DNA of 64,000 nucleotides from Eledone cirrhosa. Its lineage: Eukaryota. Positions 1 to 18,000 of the stretch are shown here, in pieces (positions within the stretch are counted from its first letter, which is position 1; each line of letters opens with the position of its first letter). The stretch spans positions 8,494,001 to 8,558,000 of the forward strand of contig OZ024752.1 of NCBI GenBank assembly GCA_964016885.1, written 5' to 3'. The notes below the pieces were generated by a model. The model made no database searches, had not been told where the DNA came from, and worked only from the letters and a program-made list of their open reading frames with translations. A program made the translations under genes and the position numbers.

Positions 1-3000
1 ATAAATATTGATGGGACATACTAAATACTGTCACCTTACTGGGGATAATATATATATTGATGGGACATACTAAATACTGCCACCTTACTGGGGATAATAT
101 ATATATTGATGGGACATACTAAATACTGCCACCTTACTGGGGATGGTATATATATTGATGGGACATACTAAATACTGTCACCTTACTGGGGATGGTATAT
201 ATATTGATGGGACATACTAAATACTGTCACCTTACTGGGGATAGTGTATATATTGATGGGACATACTTAATACCGTCACCTTACTGGGGATGGTATATAT
301 ATTGATGGGACATACTAAATACTGTCACCTTACTGGGGATAGTGTATATATTGATGGGACATACTTAATACCGTCACCTTACTGGGGCTAATATATATAT
401 TGGTGGGACATACTTCATACTGTCACCTTACTGGGGATAATATATATATTGATGGGACATACTTAATACCGTCACCTTACTGGGGGTAATATATATATTG
501 GTGGGACATACTTAATACTGTCACCTTAATGTATATATTGATGGGACATACTAAATACTGTCACCTTACTGTATATATTGATGGGACATACTAAATATTG
601 TCACCTTACTGGGGATAGTATATATATTGATGGGACATACTAAATACTGTCACTTTAGTGGGGATAATATATATATTGATGGGACACAATACTGTCACCT
701 TACAGGGGATAATATATATATTGATGGGAGATGCTTAATACTGTCACCTTACTGGGGATAGTGTATATATTGATGGGACATACTAAATACTGTCACCTTA
801 CTGGGGATAGTGTATATATTGATGGGACATACTAAATACCGTCACCTTACTGGGGATAGGGTATATATTGATGGGACATACTAAATACCGTCACCTTACT
901 GGGGATAATATATATATTGATGGGACATACTAAATACTGTCACCTTACCGGGGATAGTGTATATATTGATGGGACATACTAAATACTATCACCTTACTGG
1001 GGATAATATAAATATTGATGGGACATACTAAATACTGTCACCTTACTGGGGATAATATATATATTGATGGGACATACTAAATACTGCCACCTTACTGGGG
1101 ATAATATATATATTGATGGGACATACTAAATACTGCCACCTTACTGGGGATGGTATATATATATTGATGGGACATACTAAATACTGTCACCTTACTGGGG
1201 ATGGTATATATATTGATGGGACATACTAAATACTGTCACCTTACTGGGGATAGTGTATATATTGATGGGACATACTTAATACCGTCACCTTACTGGGGCT
1301 AATATATATATTGGTGGGACATACTTCATACTGTCACCTTACTGGGGATAATATATATATTGATGGGACATACTTAATACCGTCACCTTACTGGGGGTAA
1401 TATATATATTGGTGGGACATACTTAATACTGTCACCTTAATGTATATATTGATGGGACATACTAAATACTGTCACCTTACTGTATATATTGATGGGACAT
1501 ACTAAATATTGTCACCTTACTGGGGATAGTATATGTATTGATGGGACATACTAAATACTGTCACTTTAGTGGGGATAATATATATATTGATGGGACACAA
1601 TACTGTCACCTTACAGGGGATAATATATATATTGATGGGAGATGCTTAATACTGTCACCTTACTGGGGATAGTGTATATATTGATGGGACATACTAAATA
1701 CTGTCACCTTACTGGGGGTAATATATATATTGGTGGGACATACTTAATACCGTCACCTTACTGGGGGTAATATATATATTGGTGGGACATACTTAATACT
1801 GTCACCTTAATGTATATATTGATGGGACATACTAAATACTGTCACCTTACTGTATATATTGATGGGACATACTAAATATTGTCACCTTACTGGGGATAGT
1901 ATATGTATTGATGGGACATACTAAATACTGTCACTTTAGTGGGGATAATATATATATTGATGGGACACAATACTGTCACCTTACAGGGGATAATATATAT
2001 ATTGATGGGAGATGCTTAATACTGTCACCTTACTGGGGATAATATATATATTGATGGGACACAATACTGTCACCTTACTGGGGATAGTGTATATATTGAT
2101 GGGACATACTAAATACCGTCACCTTACTGGGGATAATATATATATTGATGGGAGATGCTTAATACTGTCACCTTACTGGGGATAGTGTATATATTGATGG
2201 GACATACTAAATACTGTCACCTTACTGGGGATAGTGTATATATTGATGGGACATACTAAATACTGTCACTTTAGTGGGGATAATATATATATTGATGGGA
2301 CACAATACTGTCACCTTACTGGGGTTAATATATATATTGACAGGACATACTTAATACTGTCACCTTACTGGGGATAATATATATTTTGATGGGACATAAT
2401 ACTGTCACCTAACTGGGGATAGTGTATATATTGATGGGACATACTTAATACTGTCACTTTACTGGGGATAATATATATATTGATGGGACATACTAAATAC
2501 TGTCACCTTACTGGGGATAAGAGAAATATTGATGGGACATACTTAATACTGTCATCTTACTGGGGATAGTGTATATATTGATGGGACATACTAAATACCG
2601 TCACCTTACTGGGGATAGTGTATATATTGATGGGACATACTAACTACTGTCACCTTACTGGGGATAATATATATATTGATGGGACACAATACTGTCACCT
2701 TACTGGGGATAATATATATATTGATGGGACATACTAAATACCGTCACCTTACTGGGGATAGTGTATATATTGATGGGACATATTAAATACTGTCACCTTA
2801 CTGGGGATAATATATATATTGATGGGACATACTAAATACTGTCACCTTACTAGGGATAATATATATCTTGATGGGACATACTAAATACTGTCACCTTACT
2901 GGGGATAGTGTATATATTGATGGGACATACTTAATACTGTCACCTAACTGGGGATAGTGTAGATATTGATGGGACATACTTAATACTGTCACCTTACTGG

Positions 3001-6000
3001 GGATAGTGTATATATTGATGGGGCATACTTAATACTGTCACCTTACTGGGGATAATATATATATTGATGGGACATACTTAATACTGTCACCTTACTGGGG
3101 ATAATATAAATATTGATGGGACATACTAAATAATGTCACCTTACTGGGGATAATATATATATTGATGGGACATACTAAATACTGTCACGTAACTGGGGAT
3201 AGTGTATATATTGATGGGACATACTAAATAGTGTCACCTTACTGGGGATAGTATATATATTGATGGGACATACTTAATACCGTCACCTTACTGGGGATAA
3301 TATATATATTGATGGGACATACTAAATACTGTCACCTTACTGAGGAAAGTGTATATATTGATGGGACATACTAAATACTGTCACGTAACTGGGGATAGTG
3401 TATATATTGATGGGACATACTAAATAGTGTCACCTTACTGGGGATAGTATATATATTGATGGGACATACTTAATACTGTCACCTTACTGGGGATAATATA
3501 TATATTGATGGGACATACTTAATAATGTAACCTTACTGGGGATAGTGTATATATTGATGGGACATACTAAATACTGTCACCTTACTGGGGATAGTGTATA
3601 TATTGATGGGACATACTAAATACTGTCACCTTACTGGGGATAGTGTATATATTGATGGGACATACTAAATAGTGTCACCTGACTGGGGATAGTGTATATA
3701 TTGAAGGGACATACTTAATACCGTGACCTTACTGGGGATAATATATATATTGACGGGACATACTAAATACTGTCACCTTACTGGGGATATTGTATATATT
3801 GATGGGACATACTTAATACTGTCACCTTACTGGGGATAGTGTATATATTGATGGGACATACTAAATAGTGTCACCTTACTGGGGATAGTATATATATTGA
3901 TGGGACATACTTAATACGGTCACCTTACTGGGGATAATATATATATTGATGGGACATACTAAATACTGTCACCTTACTGAGGAAAGTGTATATATTGATG
4001 GGACATACTAAATACTGTCACCTTACTGGGGATAGTGTATATATTGATGGGACATACTAAATAGTGTCACCTTACTGGGGATAGTATATATATTGATGGA
4101 ACATACTAAATACCGTCACCTTACTGGGGATAATATATATATTGATGGGACATACTAAATACTGTCACCTTACTGAGGAAAGTGTATATATTGATGGGAC
4201 ATACTAAATACTGTCACGTAACTGGGGATAGTGTATATATTGATGGGACATCCTAAATGCTGTCACCTTACTGGGGATAATATATATATTGATGGGACAT
4301 ACTTAATACTGTCACCTTACTGGGGATAATATATATATTGATGGGACATACTTAATAATGTAACCTTACTGGGGATAGTGTATATATTGATGGGACATAC
4401 TAAATACTGTCACCTTACTGGGGATAGTGTATATATTGATGGGACATACTAAATACTGTCACCTTACTGGGGATAGTGTATATATTGATGGGACATACTA
4501 AATAGTGTCACCTGACTGGGGATAGTGTATATATTGAAGGGACATACTTAATACCGTGACCTTACTGGGGATAATATATATATTGACGGGACATACTAAA
4601 TACTGTCACCTTACTGGGGATAGTGTATATATTGATGGGACATACTAAATACTGTCACCTTACTGGGGATAGTGTATATATTGATGGGACATACTTAATA
4701 CTGTCACCTTACTGGGGATAGTGTATATATTGAGGGGACATACTAAATACTGTCACCTTACTGGGGATAGTGTATATATTGATGGGACATACTAAATACT
4801 GTCACCTTACTGGGGATAATATAAATATTGATGGGACATACTTAATACTGTCACCTTACTGGGGTTAATATATATATTGACGGGACATACTTAATACTGT
4901 CACCTTACTGGGGATAATTTATATTTTGATGGGACATAATACTGTCACCTAACTGGGGATAGTGTATGTATTGATGGGACATACTTAATACTGTCACTTT
5001 ACTGGGGATAATATATATATATTGATGGGACATACTAAATACTGTCACCTTACTGGGGATAAGAGAAATATTGATGGGACATACTTAATACTGTCATTTT
5101 ACTGGGGATAGTGTATATATTGATGGGACATACTAAATACCGTCACATTACTGGGTATAGTGTATATATTGATGGGACATACTAAATACCGTCACCTTAC
5201 TGGGGATAGTGTATATATTGATGGGACATACTAAATACCGTCACCTTACTGGGGATAGTGTATATATTGATGGGACATACTAACTACTGTCACCTTACTG
5301 GGGATAATATATATATTGATGGGACACAATACTGTCACCTTACTGGGGATAATATATATATTGATGGGACATACTAAATACCGTCACCTTACTGGGGATA
5401 GTGTATATATTGATGGGACATATTAAATACTGTCACCTTACTGGGGATAATATATATATTGATGGGACATAATAAATACCGTCACCTTACTGGGGATTGT
5501 GTATATATTGATGGGACATACTTAATACTGTCACCTTACTGGGGATAGTGTATATATTGATGGGACATACTAAATACTGTCACCTTACAGGGGATGGTGT
5601 ATATATTGATGGGACATACTTAATACTGTCACCTTACTGGGGATAATATAAATATTGATGGGACATACTAAATACTGTCACCTTACTGAGGATAATATAT
5701 ATATTGATGGGACATACTAAATACAGTCACCTTACTGGGGATAATATATATATTGATGGGACATAATACTATCACCTTACTGGGTATAATATAAATATTG
5801 ATGGGACATACTAAATAATGTCACCTTACTGGGGATAATATATATATTGATGGGACATACTTAATACCGTCACCTTACTGGGGATAGTGTATATATTGAT
5901 GGGACATATTAAATACTGTCACCTTACTGGGGATAATATATATATTGATGGGACATAATAAATACCGTCACCTTACTGGGGATTGTGTATATATTGATGG

Positions 6001-9000
6001 GACATACTTAATACTGTCACCTAACTGGGGATAGTGTAGATATTGATGGGACATACTTAATACTGTCACCTTACTGGGGATAGTGTATATATTGATGGGG
6101 CATACTTAATACTGTCACCTTACTGGGGATAATATATATATTGATGGGACATACTTAATACTGTCACCTTACTGGGGATAATATAAATATTGATGGGACA
6201 TACTAAATACTGTCACCTTACTGAGGATAATATATATATTGATGGGACATACTAAATACAGTCACCTTACTGGGGATAATATATATATTGATGGGACATA
6301 ATACTATCACCTTACTGGGTATAATATAAATATTGATGGGACATACTAAATAATGTCACCTTACTGGGGATAATATATATATTGATGGGACATACTTAAT
6401 ACTGTCACCTTACTGGGGATAGTGTATATATTGATGGGACATACTTAATACTGTCACCTTACCGAGGATAGTGTATATATTGATGGGACATACTAAATAC
6501 TGTCACCTTACTGGGGATAGTGTATATATTGATGGGACATACTAAATACTGTCACCTTACTGGGGATAATATATATATTGATGGGACATACTAAATACCG
6601 TCACCTTACTGGGGATAATATATATATTGATGGGACATACTAAATACTGTCACCTTACTGGGGATAGTGTATATATTGATGGGACATACTAAATACCGTC
6701 ACCTTACTGGGGATAATATATATATTGATGCGACATACTTAATACTGTCACGTTACCGGGGATAGTGTATATATTGATGGGACATACTAAATACCGTCAC
6801 CTTACTGGGGATAATATATATATTGATGGGACATACTAAATACCGTCACCTTACTGGGGATAGTGTATATATTGATGGGACATACTTAATACTGTCACCT
6901 TACCGAGGATAGTGTATATATTGATGGAACGTACTAAATACTGTCACCTTACTGGGGATAGTGTATATATTGATGGGACATGCTAAATACTGTCATCTTA
7001 CTGGGGATAATATATATATTGATGGGACATACTTAATACTGTCACCTTACCGAGGATAGTGTATATATTGATGGGACATACTAAATACTGTCACCTTACT
7101 GGGGATAATATATATATTGATGGGACATACTAAATACCGTCACCTTACTGGGGATAATATATATATTGATGGGACATACTAAATACTGTCACCTTACTGG
7201 GGATAGTGTATATATTGATGGGACATACTAAATACTGTCATCTTACTGGGGATAATATATATATTGATGGGACATAATACTGTCACCTTACCGGGGATAG
7301 TGTATATATTGATGGGACATACTTAATACTGTCACCTTACTGGGGATAGTGTATATATTGATGGGACATACTTAATACTGTCACCTTACTGGGGATAGTG
7401 TATATATTGATGGGACATACTAAATACTGTCACTTTACTGGGGATAGTGTATATATTGATGGGACATACTTAATACTGTCACCTTACTGGGGATAGTGTA
7501 TATATTGATGGGACATACTTAATACCGTCACCTTGCTGGGGATAATATATATATTGATGGGACATACTAAATACCGTCACCTTACTGGGGATAATATATA
7601 TATTGATGGGACATACTAAATACTGTCACTTTACTGGGGATAGTGTATATATTGATGGGACATACTAAATACTATCACCTTACTGGGGATAATATATATA
7701 TTGATGGGACACAATACTGTCACCTTACTGGGGATAATATATATATTGATGGGACATACTAAATACCGTCACCTTACTGGGGATAGTGTATATATTGATG
7801 GGACATATTAAATACTGTCACCTTACTGGGGATAATATATATATTGATGGGACATACTAAATACTGTCACCTTACTAGGGATAATATATATATTGATGGG
7901 ACATACTAAATACTGTCACCTTACTAGGGATAATATATATCTTGATGGGACATACTAAATACCGTCACCTTACTGGGGATAGTGTATATATTGATGGGAC
8001 ATACTTAATACTGTCACCTAACTGGGGATAGTGTAGATATTGATGGGACATACTTAATACTGTCACCTTACTGGGGATAGTGTATATATTGATGGGGCAT
8101 ACTTAATACTGTCACCTTACTGGGGATAATATATATATTGTTGGGACATACTTAATACTGTCACCTTACTGGGGATAATATAAATATTGATGGGACATAC
8201 TAAATACTGTCACCTTACTGGGGATAATATATATATTGATGGGACATACTAAATACTGTCACCTTACTGGGGATAGTGTATATATTGATGGGACATACTA
8301 AATAGTGTCACCTTACTGGGGATAGTATATATATTGATGGGACATACTAAATACCGTCACCTTACTGGGGATAATATATATATTGATGGGACATACTAAA
8401 TACTGTCACCTTACTGAGGAAAGTGTATATATTGATGGGACATACTAAATACTGTCACCTAACTGGGGATAGTGTATATATTGATGGGACATCCTAAATG
8501 CTGTCACCTTACTGGGGATAATATATATATTGATGGGACATACTTAATACTGTCACCTTACTGGGGATAATATATATATTGATGGGACATACTTAATAAT
8601 GTAACCTTACTGGGGATAGTGTATATATTGATGGGACATACTAAATACTGTCACCTTACTGGGGATAGTGTATATATTGATGGGACATACTAAATACTGT
8701 CACCTTACTGGGGATAGTGTATATATTGATGGGACATACTAAATAGTGTCACCTGACTGGGGATAGTGTATATATTGATGGGACACACTTAATACCGTCA
8801 CCTTACTGGGGATAATATATATATTGACGGGACATACTAAATACTGTCACCTTACTGGGGATAGTGTATATATTGATGGGACATACTAAATACTGTCACC
8901 TTACTGGGGATAGTGTATATATTGATGGGACATACTTAATACTGTCACCTTACTGGGGATAGTGTATATATTGAGGGGACATACTAAATACTGTCACCTT

Positions 9001-12000
9001 ACTGGGGATAATATATATATTGATGGGACATACTAAATACTGTCACCTTACTGGGGATAGTATATATATTTGATGGGACATACTAAATACCGTCACCTTA
9101 CTGGGGATAGTGTATATATTGATGGGACATACTAAATACTGTCACTTTAGTGGGGATAATATATATATTGATGGGACACAATACTGTCACCTTACAGGGG
9201 ATAATATATATATTGATGGGAGATGCTTAATACTGTCACCTTACTGGGGATAGTGTATATATTGATGGGACATACTAAATACTGTCACCTTACTGGGGAT
9301 AGTGTATATATTGATGGGACATACTAAATACTGTCACTTTAGTGGGGATAATATATATATTGATGGGACACAATACTGTCACCTTACTGGGGATAATATA
9401 TATATTGATGGGACACAATACTGTCACCTTACTGGGGAAAGTGTATATATTGATGGGACATACTAAATACCGTCACCTTACTGGGGATAATATATATATT
9501 GATGGGAGATGCTTAATACTGTCACCTTACTGGGGATAGTGTATATATTGATGGGACATACTAAATACTGTCACCTTACTGGGGATAGTGTATATATTGA
9601 TGGGACATACTAAATACTGTCACTTTAGTGGGGATAATATATATATTGATGGGACACAATACTGTCACCTTACTGGGGATAATATATATATTGATGGGAG
9701 ATGCTTAATACTGTCACCTTACTGGGGATAGTGTATATATTGATGGGACATACTAAATACTGTCACCTTACTGGGGATAATATAAATATTGATGGGACAT
9801 ACTTAATACTGTCACCTTACTGGGGTTAATATATATATTGACAGGACATACTTAATACTGTCACCTTACTGGGGATAATATATATTTTGATGGGACATAA
9901 TACTGTCACCTAACTGGGGATAGTGTATATATTGATGGGACATACTTAATACTGTCACTTTACTGGGGATAATATATATATTGATGGGACATACTAAATA
10001 CTGTCACCTTACTGGGGATAAGAGAAATATTGATGGGACATACTTAATACTGTCATCTTACTGGGGATAGTGTATATATTGATGGGACATACTAAATACC
10101 GTCACCTTACTGGGGATAGTGTATATATTGATGGGACATACTAACTACTGTCACCTTACTGGGGATAATATATATATTGATGGGACACAATACTGTCACC
10201 TTACTGGGGATAATATATATATTGATGGGACATACTAAATACCGTCACCTTACTGGGGATAGTGTATATATTGATGGGACATATTAAATACTGTCACCTT
10301 ACTGGGGATAATATATATATTGATGGGACATACTAAATACTGTCACCTTACTAGGGATAATATATATCTTGATGGGACATACTAAATACCGTCACCTTAC
10401 TGGGGATAGTGTATATATTGATGGGACATACTTAATACTGTCACCTAACTGGGGATAGTGTAGATATTGATGGGACATACTTAATACTGTCACCTTACTG
10501 GGGATAGTGTATATATTGATGGGGCATACTTAATACTGTCACCTTACTGGGGATAATATATATATTGATGGGACATACTTAATACTGTCACCTTACTGGG
10601 GATAATATAAATATTGATGGGACATACTAAATACTGTCACCTTACTGGGGATAATATATATATTGATGGGACATACTAAATACTGTCACCTTACTGGGGA
10701 TAGTGTATATATTGATGGGACATACTAAATAGTGTCACCTTACTGGGGATAGTATATATATTGATGGGACATACTAAATACCGTCACCTTACTGGGGATA
10801 ATATATATATTGATGGGACATACTAAATACTGTCACCTTACTGAGGAAAGTGTATATATTGATGGGACATACTAAATACTGTCACCTAACTGGGGATAGT
10901 GTATATATTGATGGGACATCCTAAATACTGTCACCTTACTGGGGATAATATATATATTGATGGGACATACTTAATACTGTCACCTTACTGGGGATAATAT
11001 ATATATTGATGGGACATACTTAATAATGTAACCTTACTGGGGATAGTGTATATATTGATGGGACATACTAAATACTGTCACCTTACTGGGGATAGTGTAT
11101 ATATTGATGGGACATACTAAATACTGTCACCTTACTGGGGATAGTGTATATATTGATGGGACATACTAAATAGTGTCACCTGACTGGGGATAGTGTATAT
11201 ATTGAAGGGACATACTTAATACCGTCACCTTACTGGGGATAATATATATATTGACGGGACATACTAAATACTGTCACCTTACTGGGGATAGTGTATATAT
11301 TGATGGGACATACTAAATACTGTCACCTTACTGGGGATAGTGTATATATTGATGGGACATACTTAATACTGTCACCTTACTGGGGATAGTGTATATATTG
11401 AGGGGACATACTAAATACTGTCACCTTACTGGGGATAGTGTATATATTGATGGGACATACTAAATACTGTCACCTTACTGGGGATAATATAAATATTGAT
11501 GGGACATACTTAATACTGTCACCTTACTGGGGTTAATATATATATTGACGGGACATACTTAATACTGTCACCTTACTGGGGATAATTTATATTTTGATGG
11601 GACATAATACTGTCACCTAACTGGGGATAGTGTATGTATTGATGGGACATAATACTGTCACTTTACTGGGGATAATATATATATATTGATGGGACATACT
11701 AAATACTGTCACCTTACTGGGGATAAGAGAAATATTGATGGGACATACTTAATACTGTCATCTTACTGGGGATAGTGTATATATTGATGGGACATACTAA
11801 ATACCGTCACCTTACTGGGGATAGTGTATATATTGATGGGACATACGAAATACCGTCACCTTACTGGGGATAGTGTATATATTGATGGGACATACTAACT
11901 ACTGTCACCTTACTGGGGATAATATATATATTGATGGGACACAATACTGTCACCTTACTGGGGATAATATATATATTGATGGGACATACTAAATACCGTC

Positions 12001-15000
12001 ACCTTACTGGGGATAGTGTATATATTGATGGGACATATTAAATACTGTCACCTTACTGGGGATAATATATATATTGATGGGACATACTAAATACCGTCAC
12101 CTTACTGGGGATTGTGTATATATTGATGGGACATACTTAATACTGTCACCTAACTGGGGATAGTGTAGACATTGATGGGACATACTTAATACTGTCACCT
12201 TACTGGGGATAGTGTATATATTGATGGGGCATACTTAATACTGTCACCTTACTGGGGATAATATATATATTGATGGGACATACTTAATACTGTCACCTTA
12301 CTGGGGATAATATAAATATTGATGGGACATACTAAATATTGTCACCTTACTGGGGATAATATATATATTGATGGGACATACTAAATACAGTCACCTTACT
12401 GGGGATAATATATATATTGATGGGACATAATACTATCACCTTACTGGGTATAATATAAATATTGATGGGACATACTAAATAATGTCACCTTACTGGGGAT
12501 AATATATATATTGATGGGACATACTTAATACTGTCACCTTACTGGGGATAGTGTATATATTGATGGGACATACTTAATACTGTCACCTTACCGAGGATAG
12601 TGTATATATTGATGGGACATACTAAATACTGTCACCTTACTGGGGATAGTGTATATATTGATGGGACATACTAAATACTGTCACCTTACTGGGGATAATA
12701 TATATATTGATGGGACATACTAAATACCGTCACCTTACTGGGGATAATATATATATTGATGGGACATACTAAATACTGTCACCTTACTGGGGATAGTGTA
12801 TATATTGATGGGACATACTAAATACCGTCACCTTACTGGGGATAATATATATATTGATGGGACACAATACTGTCACCTAACTGGGGATAGTGTATATATT
12901 GATGGGACATACTAAATACCGTCACCTTACTGGGGATAATATATATATTGATGGGAGATGCTTAATACTGTCACCTTACTGGGGATAGTGTATATATTGA
13001 TGGGACATACTAAATACTGTCACCTTACTGGGGATAATATAAATATTGATGGGACATACTTAATACTGTCACCTTACTGGGGTTAATATATATATTGACA
13101 GGACATACTTAATACTGTCACCTTACTGGGGATAATATATATTTTGATGGGACATAATACTGTCACCTAACTGGGGATAGTGTATATATTGATGGGACAT
13201 ACTTAATACTGTCACTTTACTGGGGATAATATATATATTGATGGGACATACTAAATACTGTCACCTTACTGGGGATAAGAGAAATATTGATGGGACATAC
13301 TTAATACTGTCATCTTACTGGGGATAGTGTATATATTGATGGGACATACTAAATACCGTCACCTTACTGGGGATAGTGTATATATTGATGGGACATACTA
13401 ACTACTGTCACCTTACTGGGGATAATATATATATTGATGGGACACAATACTGTCACCTTACTGGGGATAATATATATATTGATGGGACATACTAAATACC
13501 GTCACCTTACTGGGGATAGTGTATATATTGATGGGACATATTAAATACTGTCACCTTACTGGGGATAATATATATATTGATGGGACATACTAAATACTGT
13601 CACCTTACTAGGGATAATATATATCTTGATGGGACATACTAAATACCGTCACCTTACTGGGGATAGTGTATATATTGATGGGACATACTAAATACTGTCA
13701 CCTTACTGGGGATAATATATATATTGATGGCACATACTAAATACTGTCACCTTACTGGGGATAGTGTATATATTGATGGGACATACTAAATAGTGTCACC
13801 TTACTGGGGATAGTATATATATTGATGGGACATACTAAATACCGTCACCTTACTGGGGATAATATATATATTGATGGGACATACTAAATACTGTCACCTT
13901 ACTGAGGAAAGTGTATATATTGATGGGACATACTAAATACTGTCACCTAACTGGGGATAGTGTATATATTGATGGGACATCCTAAATGCTGTCACCTTAC
14001 TGGGGATAATATATATATTGATGGGACATACTTAATACTGTCACCTTACTGGGGATAATATATATATTGATGGGACATACTTAATAATGTAACCTTACTG
14101 GGGATAGTGTATATATTGATGGGACATACTAAATACTGTCACCTTACTGGGGATAGTGTATATATTGATGGGACATACTAAATACTGTCACCTTACTGGG
14201 GATAGTGTATATATTGATGGGACATACTAAATAGTGTCACCTGACTGGGGATAGTGTATATATTGAAGGGACATACTTAATACCGTCACCTTACTGGGGA
14301 TAATATATATATTGACGGGACATACTAAATACTGTCACCTTACTGGGGATAGTGTATATATTGATGGGACATACTAAATACTGTCACCTTACTGGGGATA
14401 GTGTATATATTGATGGGACATACTTAATACTGTCACCTTACTGGGGATAGTGTATATATTGAGGGGACATACTAAATACTGTCACCTTACTGGGGATAGT
14501 GTATATATTGATGGGACATACTAAATACTGTCACCTTACTGGGGATAATATAAATATTGATGGGACATACTTAATACTGTCACCTTACTGGGGTTAATAT
14601 ATATATTGACGGGACATACTTAATACTGTCACCTTACTGGGGATAATTTATATTTTGATGGGACATAATACTGTCACCTAACTGGGGATAGTGTATGTAT
14701 TGATGGGACATACTTAATACTGTCACTTTACTGGGGATAATATATATATATTGATGGGACATACTAAATACTGTCACCTTACTGGGGATAAGAGAAATAT
14801 TGATGGGACATACTTAATACTGTCATTTTACTGGGGATAGTGTATATATTGATGGGACATACTAAATACCGTCACATTACTGGGTATAGTGTATATATTG
14901 ATGGGACATACTAAATACCGTCACCTTACTGGGGATAGTGTATATATTGATGGGACATACTAAATACCGTCACCTTACTGGGGATAGTGTATATATTGAT

Positions 15001-18000
15001 GGGACATACTAACTACTGTCACCTTACTGGGGATAATATATATATTGATGGGACACAATACTGTCACCTTACTGGGGATAATATATATATTGATGGGACA
15101 TACTAAATACCGTCACCTTACTGGGGATAGTGTATATATTGATGGGACATATTAAATACTGTCACCTTACTGGGGATAATATATATATTGATGGGACATA
15201 CTAAATACCGTCACCTTACTGGGGATTGTGTATATATTGATGGGACATACTTAATACTGTCACCTAACTGGGGATAGTGTAGATATTGATGGGACATACT
15301 TAATACTGTCACCTTACTGGGGATAGTGTATATATTGATGGGGCATACTTAATACTGTCACCTTACTGGGGATAATATATATATTGATGGGACATACTTA
15401 ATACTGTCACCTTACTGGGGATAATATAAATATTGATGGGACATACTAAATACTGTCACCTTACTGGGGATAATATATATATTGATGGGACATACTAAAT
15501 ACAGTCACCTTACTGGGGATAATATATATATTGATGGGACATAATACTATCACCTTACTGGGTATAATATAAATATTGATAGGACATACTAAATAATGTC
15601 ACCTTACTGGGGATAATATATATATTGATGGGACATACTAAATACTGTCACCTTACTGGGGATAGTGTATATATTGATGGGACATACTAAATACTGTCAC
15701 CTTACTGGGGATAATATATATATTGATGGGACATACTAAATACCGTCACCTTACTGGGGATAATATATATATTGATGGGACATACTAAATACTGTCACCT
15801 TACTGGGGATAGTGTATATATTGATGGGACATACTAAATACCGTCACCTTACTGGGGATAATATATATATTGATGCGACATACTTAATACTGTCACCTTA
15901 CCGGGGATAGTGTATATATTGGTGGGACATACTAAATACCGTCACCTTACTGGGGATAATATATATATTGATGGGACATACTAAATACCGTCACCTTACT
16001 GGGGATAGTGTATATATTGATGGGACATACTTAATACTGTCACCTTACCGAGGATAGTGTATATATTGATGGAACGTACTAAATACTGTCACCTTACTGG
16101 GGATAGTGTATATATTGATGGGACATGCTAAATACTGTCATCTTACTGGGGATAATATATATATTGATGGGACATACTTAATACTGTCACCTTACCGAGG
16201 ATAGTGTATATATTGATGGGACATACTAAATACTGTCACCTTACTGGGGATAATATATATATTGATGGGACATACTAAATACCGTCACCTTACTGGGGAT
16301 AATATATATATTGATGGGACATACTAAATACTGTCACCTTACTGGGGATAGTGTATATATTGATGGGACATACTAAATACTGTCATCTTACTGGGGATAA
16401 TATATATATTGATGGGACATAATACTGTCACCTTACCGGGGATAGTGTATATATTGATGGGACATACTTAATACTGTCACCTTACTGGGGATAGTGTATA
16501 TATTGATGGGACATACTTAATACTGTCACCTTACTGGGGATAGTGTATATATTGATGGGACATACTAAATACTGTCACTTTACTGGGGATAGTGTATATA
16601 TTGATGGGACATACTTAATACTGTCACCTTACTGGGGATAGTGTATATATTGATGGGACATACTTAATACCGTCACCTTGCTGGGGATAATATATATATT
16701 GATGGGACATACTAAATACCGTCACCTTACTGGGGATAATATATATATTGATGGGACATACTAAATACTGTCACTTTACTGGGGATAGTGTATATATTGA
16801 TGGGACATACTAAATACTATCACCTTACTGGGGATAATATATATATTGATGGGACACAATACTGTCACCTTACTGGGGATAATATATATATTGATGGGAC
16901 ACAATACTGTCACCTTACTGGGGATAATATATATATTGATGGGACATACTAAATACTGTCACCTTACTAGGGATAATATATATCTTGATGGGACATACTA
17001 AATACCGTCACCTTACTGGGGATAGTGTATATATTGATGGGATATACTTAATACTGTCACCTAACTGGGGATAGTGTAGATATTGATGGGACATAGTTAA
17101 TACTGTCACCTTACTGGGGATGGTGTATATATTGATGGGGCATACTTAATACTGTCACCTTACTGGGGATAATATATATATTGATGGGACATACTTAATA
17201 CTGTCACCTTACTGGGGATAATATAAATATTGATGGGACATACTAAATACTGTCACCTTACTGGGGATAATATATATATTGATGGGACATACTAAATACT
17301 GTCACCTTACTGGGGATAGTGTATATATTGATGGGACATACTAAATAGTGTCACCTTACTGGGGATAGTATATATATTGATGGGACATACTAAATACCGT
17401 CACCTTACTGGGGATAATATACATATTGATGGGACATACTAAATACTGTCACCTTACTGAGGAAAGTGTATATATTGATGGGACATACTAAATACTGTCA
17501 CCTTACTGAGGAAAGTGTATATATTGATGGGACATCCTAAATGCTGTCACCTTACTGGGGATAATATATATATTGATGGGACATACTTAATACTGTCACC
17601 TTACTGGGGATAATATATATATTGATGGGACATACTTAATAATGTAACCTTACTGGGGATAGTGTATATATTGATGGGACATACTAAATACTGTCACCTT
17701 ACTGGGGATAGTGTATATATTGATGGGACATACTAAATACTGTCACCTTACTGGGGATAGTGTATATATTGATGGGACATACTAAATAGTGTCACCTGAC
17801 TGGGGATAGTGTATATATTGATGGGACATACTTAATACCGTCACCTTACTGGGGATAATATATATATTGACGGGACATACTAAATACTGTCACCTTACTG
17901 GGGATAGTGCATATATTGATGGGACATACTAAATACTGTCACCTTACTGGGGATAGTGTATATATTGATGGGACATACTTAATACTGTCACCTTACTGGG

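Noticed and set aside
9342-9539. 65-aa ORF in the satellite
   Set aside because: A chance open frame produced by consecutive 46-bp variant monomers.
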